A DNA stretch of 64,000 nt from Eledone cirrhosa (Eukaryota). Numbering within the stretch: position 1 is the first letter of the stretch; each line of letters opens with the position of its first letter. A program made the translations under genes and the position numbers. This document shows positions 47,163 through 60,900 of the stretch, piece by piece. The stretch lies in assembly GCA_964016885.1 (NCBI GenBank), contig OZ024743.1, positions 323,454,001 through 323,518,000 of the forward strand, given 5' to 3'. Under the pieces are notes generated by a model. It was not told the origin of the DNA, made no database searches, and saw only the letters and a list, made by a program, of their open reading frames with translations.

Positions 47163-47857
47163 CTGTAAAGAGAAATAATATTACTTTAAGATAGTTCTAT
47201 TTTATTAATACTTAGAGACTAATTCTATGAAGTCTAGAATTAGAAGAGACATGTGGTGAAATTGTAACAAGATGATTGAGAAAGTTTCCCCATAGCAATA
47301 GTTGCTTTGCCACAGAGCATTATTCCAACTCTGTTTATCAAAACCAGCAAGTGGTCATGTAACTAAATTTCAATTGTAAAACAAAAATGATCTGCAGCTA
47401 ACTCCAAACAAAGATAAAATTTTCTCCAGCCAAACCAAAAGAATGGGAACATGATCGCTTTTCCAAGCTTACAGAGGTCAAACATCTTCATTACAGCTTT
47501 CTTCCCCTTTAACAACTGAATAAGACAAATCATATATTGTTAGAATTAGCGACAATTCCACAAAATGGATATCATTGCCTTTATGCCAACATTTAAATGT
47601 TGGCATGGATTTTTAGTTGTATGCCCTTCCTGACACCAACCTTTTTAGTTGCTTCATATGACATGCAGAGATATAGTGTACTTTTTAAAACCAGATACAC
47701 ATGATCTTGAATAACCATACACATAAAATTGGAGCTGCACCGATAAATATAAAATCAATCCCACATATTGCTACCAAACACTATATTGTATCTAAATGAA
47801 GGCACATTGCTAAGTGTCCTTCAACTAACTTGGCTGATACAAACTGCTATCATTTTA

Positions 47858-48031
<174 letters not shown>

Positions 48032-50588
48032 TTAGAATATATATTAACTCCTTTCACTCACAAAATTAATTGAAACCATACTTTAAACCAGGAATCTCAA
48101 CCTCAAAACGGCCGTTATGTACTGGGGGAGAGGTACAGCAGACCAAAAGTGAGATTATTTCCACCAGTTATAATGCTAATCTGCAATTCAGCTGATTGGG
48201 CCACAGAAAAGTAGTTTGCGGGCTGCATGCTTGAGGCCCCTGTCCTACATATACAAAGCAATACATCAGGTTCTGCATTTGAACACCAATAAATCTTGTT
48301 TACCCATTTATGAAGATAGCAAGTTTGGCTTTTACACCTACCTCCCTTCTTATTACTGCACCAGCAACTCTCCCACTTAATTCAGCCTCTTGCCTTCCAT
48401 CACATGTGAACACGGCCCCAAGATACTTTAACTTCTCCACTTGCTTCAGCGAACTCCACTCACATGTTAAGTGCACTGCGCAGGCTTCCTTGAGAGGACA
48501 AGTTTTTGCAGAACTGATTTTCATTACAGCCATGCAAGTTGGAGATCACCTGTTGAGTTAAGTACATGCCTGGAAATCCAGCCGACTGATTTTACATCTG
48601 CCAGTTGTGATTCCACTTCCAACCCAGCAATTATCCCAGTACATTACTGGTACTTTATTTTAGCGACCCCATAAGGATGAAAGGCAAAGTGAACCTTGGT
48701 GAGATTTGAACTGACTATAAAGGGACGCAACTCTATGCTGCAAAGCATGGCGTCCAACCTACTGATACTGCCAATCCCAAATGAACAGGAGAGGTGACAG
48801 TATGCACCCTTGGCAGTGCCTGACATACATTGAAAGGCTTTGAATTAGCACAATTTATCCAAACAAATACTCTAGAGACATCAGGGCAACAAGAAGCTGG
48901 TCACTGATCACGTCTTTTTGAGATCAACAAAACAATATACCTGTTGGCAATACTCCCAACTATATTTCAAGGTCTTTATTATCAATAAAAACAGGTGTTT
49001 GACAATCCTAGTTAAATTACAATAGACAGAAGTTTCTCTCTAGCCTAAACCAAAGCAATAGAAAAATATAACTTATCTGGAGAAAACTTGGGTTTAGAGA
49101 TATACCGTACTCATTTGTTAATATATTTAAGCTATTTGATAGTATTCTTTAACTGTTTCTATACAATATTTCTAATGATAGACACTATGATTTTCAAATA
49201 ACTTTGGAGTGATTTCTCATTAAGAATATAATGGTCTACATAAAATTATGAGGGAAGGTTTTAGATAGAAACCTTTTGTAATACTTCAGTATTTAAACCA
49301 GCCAGAATTCCCTCACCTCTATCTGTTCAAACTGACTGGAACCAACCACTCATACCGATGTTGAGGTATTGATCTCAAAAAAATATCAAAATCTCATAAA
49401 TTCGATATGCGAGGTAAAGCCTTTACCGTGAAAATACAATAGTATATATAGAGTAATGTAAATGCTAAAGGGTTAATGTCGCATAAGCACCAGAAAAGTT
49501 GCCATATGCTTGACAAAACTGAAGAGTTCTCTATAGCTCATCAGTGGCCAAGATTTTGAACTTACAATCATAAGGTCGCAGGCTTGATTTCTGGAACAGA
49601 TGGTGCAGTGTTCTTGAGAAAAACAATTTAACACTGCTTTTCATGTAATGGATGCATTCAATCAAGGCACCAACACTAAAGAGGTTGCCAAGTAAACAGA
49701 GCCAGAGGGTGATGAATTCTGTTGCCTGGATCTGTTCACCAACCACTATAAGGAGGGAAAGTACTGGATGCATGCTTTGTGACAAAGGTCTCTTCCCATG
49801 TAGGCTTAAACCACCTCTACACAACATGCTGCTGTGCTTTATGTACTGGTAGGCAGGCCTTTAGTAATACAACAAATCACAAGTCAACTTTCTCCTGTCA
49901 CAATCTCCACCCCATGACACTGTTGTTCATTACTTATTATCATACAAAGGATACATTTCTTTTTAACCATTGTATGCAAGACCAGTATTGTATAATTTGT
50001 CTTTCAATCAAGAAAGCCCATGTGTTGCTAGCAGAAGGAACACCGCTATAAATGTCTACTGCGCTATGTGTTCCAGCCGACAGGCTGAGGCCATCTCAGA
50101 GCACCGCCATTGATGCAAAAGGGAGTTTGGCTGCTGCTCTTAACTGTGCCTCACCTTGTGCTGTGGATTCATGTCAACAGAATGTTGATGTCTCTTGAAA
50201 AGGTCTACATCTATCAGACTTTGGCAGCTTAGTAAAAAGCTGGGGTCCCTTGAACCCCTATTATTAATATATTCTCATCATTCTATCATCATTTTTCTTA
50301 CATCCAGTCTACTTTATAGTAGGAATATGACAATCTGTTTAACTTGATATTTACAAAGCATTTTGAATAAAAATTTTAATGTCAACTGTTTTGGTTTTGT
50401 CGGTGAAACATTGCTTCTACTTTTAAATACAACAGTTTGATCATTGATCAAGACGTATAAATTGTTTGTTTTTGATTCTGACATGACATTTTAGCATCAC
50501 ACATAAATAGTCCAATGCTCCTAAATGGAACACAAAAGGATTTAAAGTAGGAAGAACTATTTAACAACAGTCAATAAAATACAACTCA

Positions 50589-50810
<222 letters not shown>

Positions 50811-51282
50811 TTACTTTGTAATAATAATAAAAAAAAGCATCGAATATTGAAATGTAGGGGAATAATAGATATCACAGCTCCAAATTATATATAAATTCCC
50901 TTTGAGACCCGAAACAAATAGATTGATTTTGGTTTTTGCTTATCTATCCAGGTTTCTAAAAGGGTTGATGACAGGAAGGGCATCCGGTTGTAAAACATTG
51001 TCTAACCTATGCCCGCATGGTAAGGTAGACGTGAAAACGATAAGTAATATTCAATAAAATTTAGTACAACTTGATACATATTACTGGTAGGCGTTACAGC
51101 CATGGTTGGAAAGCTACAGTTGTGTTTAAATTTCTTGGAATGTGTAAAAATCAAAATGAAAGTTGTTTTTTTTTTTATTCTTTTTATTCTGGGACTATTT
51201 TTTAAATCAATAACCTTTGTTATAAATCCTTCGTTTGTTCTTAAATGCTTTGAATAAAATATAATTCTAAATATCAACTTAC

Positions 51283-51499
51283 CTTCAAACAACCTTCTTG
51301 GATCTTTCTCTTCTAATGTAAGCAATTCTCTGGCACCCTTTCGGATGCGGGCAAGTGAATATTTGACTCTCCATACTTCTCTCTTATTTCTTAAACCATA
51401 CTCTCCTATAAGCTTTAATTCTTGGTCTAATCGTTCTTTTTCAAACGGTCTCCTTGGAGTAGCGTAGGTTTTACTCTGTACTAGTGGTATACGCGGCAT
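51283..51499 (-). CDS. RPS9: 40S ribosomal protein S9, coding exon 1 (exon starts at 51515 with 16 nt of UTR)
   Basis: [53 protein letters not shown] |gtaagt. 217 nt. Total CDS is 576 nt, or 191 aa plus stop. Confidence 0.97.
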
Positions 51500-52344
51500 A
51501 TTGACTCGTTAATGCCTAATAAACAAATAAAAAGATAACTTTTTTATTTAGTTACAACACTTAGACTAGTATAAAACATGTTAGCATACTTAAATAAGTG
51601 ACTGATTTTCTATTTTTTTAACATGGCACTGTATATATTTATTTAAACCAGTACCCCCCAAGCGTTTTCGATACGGAACCCACGCATATTCTAATACATT
51701 AAATAGACAAAATGTTTCTGAGCGAGGAATGTAGTCGTTTAAAAAAAAGCCATTACTTTGCTTAGCCAAATAAGCAGTGATTACTAAAATAGTGGAGGTT
51801 AAGAGGGAAACACTAATGACAAAGGAACTACTATTGAGATTGAAATTTAATAAAATACTAAGTACACATATTTATTATTAAATCTAGACACGATAATGTT
51901 TAAACGATGTTATGTATCTCTTGGGGGAAGAGAGACACGTGTTTCGAAATGATCTGTTCTACAATAAAGTTATATTTCAGATGACATTAAAATAGATCTT
52001 ATAAATATAGTTGTTGATACAATAACTAAATACACAATATTCATAAATAAATCTATCTTTTATATAGTTAAGGTTAAACAATAGAAGAAATACGGGTTAC
52101 TGTGATAATATATTTTTTATTAATAATACTCTGTATAAGAAATATATAATGGCTTTACAATCATATTGGAAATAGCGGAACGGTTTGGAGGTAATAAGTT
52201 AAATAATCAGCATAATACAGCGATATTAGTGCACACATCAAATAATTCAAAGTGAAATGTTTTAAAACGATATCTAATAAGATAAATTAAAATGAAATAT
52301 TTAGTGAAATGAGCTTTAAAAGACTAACGAGAAATTCTCCTTAC

Positions 52345-52376
52345 CCAACTTAATGGCTGTCACCACATGGAAAGAG
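52345..52376 (-). promoter_or_regulatory. RPS9: RPS9 non-coding exon 1 with TCT initiator / 5' TOP
   Basis: - strand reads CTCTTTCCatgtggtgacagccattaagttgg|GTAAGG. Matches the YYC+1TTTYY motif of ribosomal-protein genes. Matching acceptor tttattag at 51516. Confidence 0.75.
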
Positions 52377-52631
52377 GGTGAAACTGCGTACGTATGAATA
52401 TTTAAAGTAGTTCTATACCTTCAGATCACCATTCATGTAAAATGTAATTTATAATAATTACTTATTTATATATAATTAATTTTAAAGGTTTATATTATTG
52501 CTTAGTTCAATTTTAGTATTGATATTTAATAAATTAAAGTTTATATTAAGTTAATATTTTAAGGACTACTTTTTTTAGTGAAGATACACGGCCGTAGTAC
52601 ACAGTTCCGATTCTAAGTGCTTTGTAAAAGT

Positions 52632-52648
52632 GCCATCTTCCGGAAGTG
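52632..52648. promoter_or_regulatory. Adjacent YY1-like (GCCATCTT) and ETS/GABP-like (CCGGAAGTG) motifs
   Basis: gccatcttccggaagtg lies about 260 bp upstream of the inferred RPS9 start, in otherwise very AT-rich DNA. Confidence 0.5.
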
Positions 52649-53160
52649 AATAATACAGAATTCTCTGATTAAATAAATCCAATAATATCAAATGTTAATA
52701 TTAAATCGGTACAAATATGTTTTTCTGTGAGATTCATTTGGGAATAAATAACATGCATTTATAAACTAAAAAAAAAAATTGAAATAGATAATATCTTTTA
52801 ATTTTGCGAGAAGGGGAGTTAACTATTGTTAACTTCCTTTCAGGAGATCTGTTTGTTATTAGATGGGGACCGTTTCCACTCGCCTCACTTTATCTTTCTA
52901 TTTTAATTGCATGTAATTTTAATTATGATTTAATTTAGGATATATTATTTTGGTATATAAACCTCCCCTGTACTTCACTAACAAAAAGAGTCATATAACA
53001 AAATACCATAAAGCATTTTTATCCGACGTTCTAACAATTGTGCCGATCTATCACTTAAAATTAGTAGTCCAATCTATCATATACGCTACAAAATTGAAGC
53101 CTTGAGTTTCTTAGCAATGACGCTAATTGATTTTCTGGGGTTCCTATCGAACGTTTTTTG

Positions 53161-53198
<38 letters not shown>

Positions 53199-53384
53199 AT
53201 CTTTCCAAACACATACGTAAATGGTGAATGTAAGCAAACATAACTTGACCTTTTTGATTTACTGAAATGAAATTTTGTAACTTAACTAAATGTTACATTT
53301 TAAGACGTAATTATTTTACATATACTTATATTATCATCATTTTACGTTCGCTGTGTGTTTTGTTTCTACGAGAAGCTGATGAAT

Positions 53385-54920
53385 GGTAGGAAGAGACTAC
53401 ACCCAACAGAGGGACCACCTATTCAAATTGACAGTTAAAGGGTCAAATAAGCAATCAAGGAGATGAAAACTGGTAAAGGCACCGGACAGTTGCTGAGATG
53501 CTAAAAGCATTGGGAGAAGTAGGAGTCAAACTAGTAACCTGCATAGTCAATCGGGTAATACAGGACAGACTCTTACCCAATGAATGGCACAGCAGTACAA
53601 TCATAAATTACTACAAGGCCAAAGGTGCAACTACAGAGGAATAAACCCAATGGACCAAGTTATGAAAGTGACTGAGTTCCAACACAGTTGATTAGAGATA
53701 GAGTCAAATTAGACTAAATGCAGTTTGATTTTTATGCCTGGGAAAAGTACTACAGATGCCCCTTTTTTTTATAGCTAAGTGTAAGCCTCTGTATCTAGCT
53801 CTCATGGATCTGGAGAAGGATTTTGACAGAATACCTCAGTTTGTTATCTGGTGGTCCTTGAAGAAACTGAGAGTAGATAAGTGGCTTGTGAGAACTGCAA
53901 GCCATGTACAGAGGAGCTGTAAGTAAAGTGAGAGTAGGTAATGAGTTTAGTGAGGAACTCAAGGTATCAGGGTTCAGTTCTCAGCCCACTGTTGTTCATT
54001 AGAGTTCTTCAGGCCATAACAGGAGTTTAAGACTGGCTGTTCATGGGAAGTTTTCTATGAGATTATCTGGTCCTTATAGCTGAATCAATAAAAGAATTAG
54101 AAAATAAGTTCCAACTATGGAAACAGAATTTACAATCAAAAGAGCTGAGAGTAAATTTAGAAAAAAACTAAAGTGTTGGTAAACAGGACCCAGATCCCAT
54201 CAGGGAAATGGCCCTGCTTAATATGCAAAAAAGAAGTAGACATAAACTCAATACAATGTACACAATGCAATTCTTGGGTACATGAAGTATAGTGGGATAG
54301 CAAGCAGACTAACAGGAAAAGAAGTCTATGTATGCAACAGATGTACAGGAGTAATCAATGGGAAGAGTGTCAGTGATATAAACCTTTTCTAATCACACGA
54401 AGGATAGCTTGTTACCTAGGTGACCAAATTAGCAGTTGAAGAGGGTGCTCCGAGAGCATAATAGAATAAGGGTAGTATGGAAGAAAGCTACTCCCTCTGT
54501 TGACAAAAAGTTTCTCCCTATGTACAAAGTGTGTGAAGTGCAATACTGCATGGTAGTGAAACATGAGCAGTGTCTGCAGAAGACAAATGAGGCAACCATG
54601 CTTTGTTTGATGTGCAATGTAAATGTGAGTGAAAAGCAGAGATTGGATGAACAGTGGGAGAAACTGGGTTTAAGAGGAATCCGAAGTGGTGCACAAGAAA
54701 GAAGACTACATTAGTACAGGTATGGGATGCACATCAATGATAATCACAGGGAGAAGAAGTGCCAGGAAATCCTAGTGGAGGGAAGCTGAAGTAGAGGAAG
54801 ACATAGGTGGAGGTGATGAAAGTTGATCTTTAGATGATTAAGGAACAGGATGAGTGGAGAGATGCTGTGCTGAAAAGGACCCATGCAAGTGTTGAAAAAC
54901 GGACATAAAAATGATGATGA
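53385..54920 (+). mobile_element. Heavily decayed RTE LINE (family 1)
   Basis: Collinear with the reverse complement of 31523-32932 (cagggttcagttctcagcccact, cccatcagggaaatggcc). (gat)n tail runs into TA. Confidence 0.85.
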
Positions 54921-55369
54921 TATATATATAAAGAATCTTGTACCCTACCGACTGAACTAGTTGAGACATTTTGATTCTAAGAGTTTACGTGAAAAATTCT
55001 CATAACAAACGAGTATTCTCGTTTATTGTATTGTTTTTTTTTTCTTGGCACATTTTCCATATTCCATTGCTAGATGCAGGTCAACTGAAGTAGCACTACA
55101 ATTCTGTCATCATACTACATTGTTTTTATACCTTCTAAAGTACTCTTTTGATACCAACCCACCGAAAACTACCTTTACTTATATGAAATAAATTAACCCA
55201 TTCTAAAGGGTTTTTTCTGAAATAAAAACTTTCCAACAATTTTATATAAAATTTTGTTATTTCACAAATACTATCTAAATGAAATTATAATTTTAGTAAA
55301 TCTTTCCCAAATTCTTTGTTAACTGATGAAAATACAAGGTATTTCATTAGAAATATGGTAATGAAAGGA

Positions 55370-55570
55370 ATCTTCTTGTTGCATGACACAATAGCTAGAG
55401 TGGCATGTCGAGAAGGCGAGCCTGACCTAGGTGTCATTTGCAGCAATATAGAAGCTTCCAGGCCACTGGGAAAACGTCTGAGGGGGCAATAATAAAACAT
55501 GCTGTACTCTCTGTCAAGGTCCCCACAGTCACATGCTGCGCTGTCTTTACCATGTTCTAGGCCCATTTCA
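55370..55570 (-). mobile_element. LINE C-terminal zinc-knuckle remnant (Ingi/Vingi-like, tentative)
   Basis: DSAACDCGD...YCPLRRFPSGL. Confidence 0.4.
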
Positions 55571-55734
55571 GTTTGTATTTCTCAGATCTTAAAACTTAAT
55601 CGTAGTCTTTTGCAGTGCATCTAGTTACATCTCATGGCACTTGGTTTGGGGACCACTACTCTAGAGAAAGTTTTTATACTTCAGTAGGTGTTCATTGAGA
55701 AAAAGATAGACACCATTTGCAAGTTGCCATTAGT

Positions 55735-56645
55735 TGACAGTGACATTGGTGAGTCAGACAAAATGCTTTGCAGTATTTGTTCTGGCTCTTTTCATCATGA
55801 GTTCAAATCTCACCAGGATCAATAAAATATAATGCCAGTAAAGTACTCAGGTTATTGTAATAAATGGACTTTCCCTTCCCCGAAATTGCTGGCTTTCTAT
55901 TGATATTAGAAAGCATTATTTGGATTGGCAGTATCGGTAGAGGGTCAGATGCCATGCTTTGCAGCAAAGAGTTACAACCCTTTATGGTCTGAGTTCAAAT
56001 CCCGCCGAGGTTAACTTTGCCTTTCATCCTTACGGGGTCGATGAAATAAAGCACCAGTAATGCACTGGGATAATTGCTGGCCTTGTGCCAAAAGTAGAAA
56101 TAATTATTTGATACTTAATTATGGTCTTACCAACTGAAGGGATTTAATAATGCCAGATTTTGATGTTTTAAGTGAGACAAAATATATCTTATTTCCTCTC
56201 TCCAGGGTGGTAGATTGGCAGTATCGGTAGAGGGTCGGACGCCATACTTTGCAGCATAGAGTTACGGCCCTTTATGATCTGAGTTTGAATCACGCGGAGG
56301 TTAACTTTGCCGTTCATCCTTACAGGGATGATTTAATTGACTTTCCCCTCCCCCAAATTTGATGCCCTTGTGCCTATATTAGAAACCATTATTTCCTCTC
56401 TCCAAGGGAGGTGGATAAGCAATATCAGTAGAGCATGAGAATGTAAAGGGCCGTAACTATATACTTTGCAGCATATAGTTACGGCCCTTTACATTCTGAG
56501 TTCAAATCACGAGGTTAGCTTTGCCTTTCCTCCATACAGGGTTGATAAAATAAAGCACCAATAATGCACTTGAGTCAATTGAAATGACTTTCCCCTCCCC
56601 TAAAATTGTTGGCCCTGTGCCTAAATCATAAACCATTATTTTGTC
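55735..56645 (+). mobile_element. Cluster of four same-orientation SINE family A copies
   Basis: Heads at about 55735, 55921, 56205 and 56405. A 16-bp direct repeat ttatttcctctctcca sits at 56189 and 56389. Confidence 0.85.
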
Positions 56646-56739
56646 TCTCTTTTCCAGCCTAACATATACATATTACCGGTACATTAATATAATGTGCATT
56701 ATGAATAAATATAGACTTGGTGCATTATGAATAAATATA

Positions 56740-57270
56740 GACTTACACGAACGGCAAAGCATAAATGAATTGAGAGAGAGACTGAGAATAAGAGGAATCA
56801 AATGCTGTGTGCAGGAGAGGCAGTTGCGTTGGTATGGACATGTGATGCGTATGAAGGATGACAGCTGCATAAAAAGGTGCAGAGCGCTAGAAGTCGATGG
56901 AAACTGCAGAGTGGGCAGACCCAAGAAGACCTGGGATGAGGTGATAAAAGCCGACCTTACCCAATTACACCTCTCAAAGGCGATGACACACAACTGTGAC
57001 CTCTGGCGTCATGCAGTAATTCAGAAGACCCAACACCCCACAGGTACAAGCCGAAGCTGAAGCATATAGAAAATATGCCCCCACTGCAAAGTGGTTGTGG
57101 AGGTGCCACGGCAAAAAAGCACCCAGCCCACACTAAAAATCAAGCCAGAATCAGTTCCCGTATGAGCAAGACAAGGTCAGCCGACCGGGCACTGCCCACA
57201 GCAAGACAACCCGTCTAACCCATGCTAGCGTGGAAGAACGGACATAAAACGGTGATGATGATGATGATTC
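56740..57270 (+). mobile_element. 5'-truncated RTE LINE (family 2-related)
   Basis: ERQLRWYGHVMRMKDDSCIKRCRALEVDGNCRVGRPKKTW with a (gat)n tail. Confidence 0.85.
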
Positions 57271-57917
57271 ATATCTATATGTATTTAATCTCAATGAAAA
57301 ATTAGGTCCATGAAGACTTTTTCAACAATTTGTGATGAGTGTTAAACTAATAAGTTAAATGGTACTTTATCATTCAAATATGTAATCAAATTAATTAATT
57401 TTTTCTTGGCTTAACAGTACTATTAGTTATTAGTTGGTAGTAGCATGACATTCCCACTGCATCTCTTTAGGTCTTAACAGTACTCTATTTGTTAGTAGTT
57501 GCCTGTGGCACTACATTTTATGTCTATGCTGACAGTCATCTGTTTGCAAGCACTTACTAATATGTCTAGTGTAGAATCCATTTTTTTACTTGTGCTCTCA
57601 TTGCCAATCAAATTTTATATCTAGGGTGGAATGTGCATAGCTTAGGGGTTAGGGTGTTCAGATCATGATTGTAAGGTTGTGAGTTCAATTCCTGGTAGTG
57701 CATTGTGTCCTTGAGCAAATTACTTCATTTATCATTGCTTGTTTCTACTCAGCTGGCAAAGGTGATTTGTACCTGCAATTAAAAGGGCCAGCAATGTTAC
57801 ATGTGTATAATGAGGAATCTCCCTGAGAACTATGTTGAAAGTAATGTGTCCCTGGAATGCTCAGCTACTTGCATGTTAATTTCTCAAGCAGGCAGTCCCA
57901 TCGATTAAACAATTATG

Positions 57918-60900
57918 TAACAACTATGTCACTATCAGAACTGACAGTGTGACAACATACACAGGTATATCTCAGGTGACAACTATGTCACTATCAGAAC
58001 TGACAGTGTGTCAACATACACAGGTATATCTCAGGTAACCACTACATCACTGGCTATCAGAACTGACAGTGTGTCAACATACACAGGTATATCTCAGGTA
58101 ACCACTATACCACTGACTATCAGAACTGACAGTGTGACATCATACACAGGTATATCTCAGGTAACCACTACATCACTGACTATCAGAACTGACAGTGTGA
58201 CATCATACACAGGTATACCTCAGGTAACCACTACATCACTGACTATCAGAACTGACAGTGTGACAACATACACAGGTATACCTCAGGTAACCACTATACC
58301 ACTGACTATCAGAACTGACAGAGTGACATCATACACAGGTATATCTCAGGTAACCACTACATCACTGACTATCAGAACTGACAGTGTGACATCATACACA
58401 GGTATACCTCAGGTAACCACTACATCACTGACTATCAGAACTGACAGTGTGACAACATACACAGGTATACCTCAGGTAACCACTATACCACTGACTATCA
58501 GAACTGACAGTGTGACATCATACACAGGTATACCTCAGGTAACCACTACATCACTGACTATCAGAACTGACAGTGTGACAACATACACAGGTATATCTCA
58601 GGTAACCACTATACCACTGACTATCAGAACTGACAGTGTGACATCATACACAGGTATATCTCAGGTAACCACTATACCACTGACTATCAGAACTGACAGT
58701 GTGACAACATACACAGGTATATCTCAGGTAACCACTATACCACTGACTATCAGAACTGACAGTGTGACATCATACACAGGTATATCTCAGGTAACCACTA
58801 TACCACTGACTGTCAGAACTGACAGTGTGTCAACATACACAGGTATACCTCAGGTAACCACTACATCACTGACTATCTGAACTGACAGTGTGACATCATA
58901 CACAGGTATATCTCAGGTAACCACTATACCACTGACTATCAGAACTGACAGTGTGACATCATACACATGTATATCTCAGGTAACCACTATACCACTGACT
59001 GTCAGAACTGACAGTGTGTCAACATACACAGGTATACCTCAGGTAACCACTACATCACTGACTATCAGAACTGACAGTGTGACAACATACACAGGTATAT
59101 CTCAGGTAACCACTATACCACTGACTATCAGAACTGACAGTGTGACATCATACACAGGTATATCTCAGGTAACCACTATACCACTGACTGTCAGAACTGA
59201 CAGTGTGTCAACATACACAGGTATACCTCAGGTAACCACTACATCACTGACTATCAGAACTGACAGTGTGACAACATACACAGGTATATCTCAGGTAACC
59301 ACTATACCACTGACTATCAGAACTGACAGTGTGACATCATACACAGGTATATCTCAGGTAACCACTACATCACTGGCTATCAGAACTGACAGTGTGTCAA
59401 CATACACAGGTATATCTCAGGTAACCACTACATCACTGACTATCAGAACTGACAGTGTGACATCATACACAGGTATACCTCAGGTAACCACTACATCACT
59501 GACTATCAGAACTGACAGTGTGACAACATACACAGGTATATCTCAGGTAACCACTACATCACTGACTATCAGAACTGACAGTGTGTCAACATACACAGGT
59601 ATATTTCAGGTAACCACTATACCACTGACTATCAGAACTGACAGTGTGACATCATACACAGGTATATCTCAGGTAACCACTATACCACTGACTATCAGAA
59701 CTGACAGTGTGACAACATACACAGGTATATCTCAGGTAACCACTACATCACTGACTATCAGAACTGACAGTGTGACATCATACACAGGTATATTTCAGGT
59801 AACCACTATACCACTGACTATCAGAACTGACAGTGTGACATCATACACAGGTATATCTCAGGTAACCACTATACCACTGACTATCAGAACTGACAGTGTG
59901 ACATCATACACAGGTATATCTCAGGTAACCACTATACCACTGACTATCAGAACTGACAGTGTGACATCATACACAGGTATATCTCAGGTAACCACTATAC
60001 CACTGACTATCAGAACTGACAGTGTGACATCATACACAGGTATATCTCAGGTAACCACTATACCACTGACTATCAGAACTGACAGTGTGTCATCATACAC
60101 AGGTATACCTCAGGTAACCACTATACCACTGACTATCAGAACTGACAGTGTGACATCATACACTGGTATATCTCAGGTAACCACTATACCACTGACTATC
60201 AGAACTGACAGTGTGACAACATACACAGGTATATCTCAGGTAACCACTATACCACTGACTATCAGAACTGACAGTGTGTCATCATACACAGGTATATCTC
60301 AGGTAACCACTATACCACTGACTATCAGAACTGACAGTGTGACAACATACACAGGTATACCTCAGGTAACCACTATACCACTGACTATCAGAACTGACAG
60401 TGTGACATCATACACAGGTATATCTCAGGTAACCACTATACCACTGACTATCAGAACTGACAGTGTGACAACATACACAGGTATACCTCAGGTAACCACT
60501 ACATCACTGGCTATCAGAACTGACAGTGTGACAACATACACAGGTATATCTCAGGTAACCACTACATCAGTGGCTATCAGAACTGACAGTGTGACATCAT
60601 ACACAGGTATACCTCAGGTAACCACTATACCACTGACTATCAGAACTGACAGTGTGACATCATACACAGGTATATCTCAGGTAACCACTATACCACTGAC
60701 TATCAGAACTGACAGTGTGACATCATACACAGGTATATCTCAGGTAACCACTATACCACTGACTATCAGAACTGACAGTGTGACATCATACACAGGTATA
60801 CCTCAGGTAACCACTATACCACTGACTATCAGAACTGACAGTGTGACATCATACACAGGTATACCTCAGGTAACCACTACATCACTGACTATCAGAACTG

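Noticed and set aside
50214-50281. C/D-box snoRNA in the RPS9 intron (ATGATGA...CTGA on - strand, 68 nt)
   Set aside because: No terminal stem and no rRNA-complementary guide that I can recognise. It needs snoscan or Rfam evidence.
51002-51282. C-terminal extension of the 165-aa RPS9 ORF
   Set aside because: Read-through past the donor at 51282 into intron. Homology resumes at 50776.
56694-56745. 25-bp tandem duplication (similar small ones at about 4668, 8021 and 37743)
   Set aside because: Ordinary slippage or insertion-junction duplications with no sign of function.
57642-57655. Telomeric TTAGGG repeats
   Set aside because: Only two imperfect units, within a SINE head.
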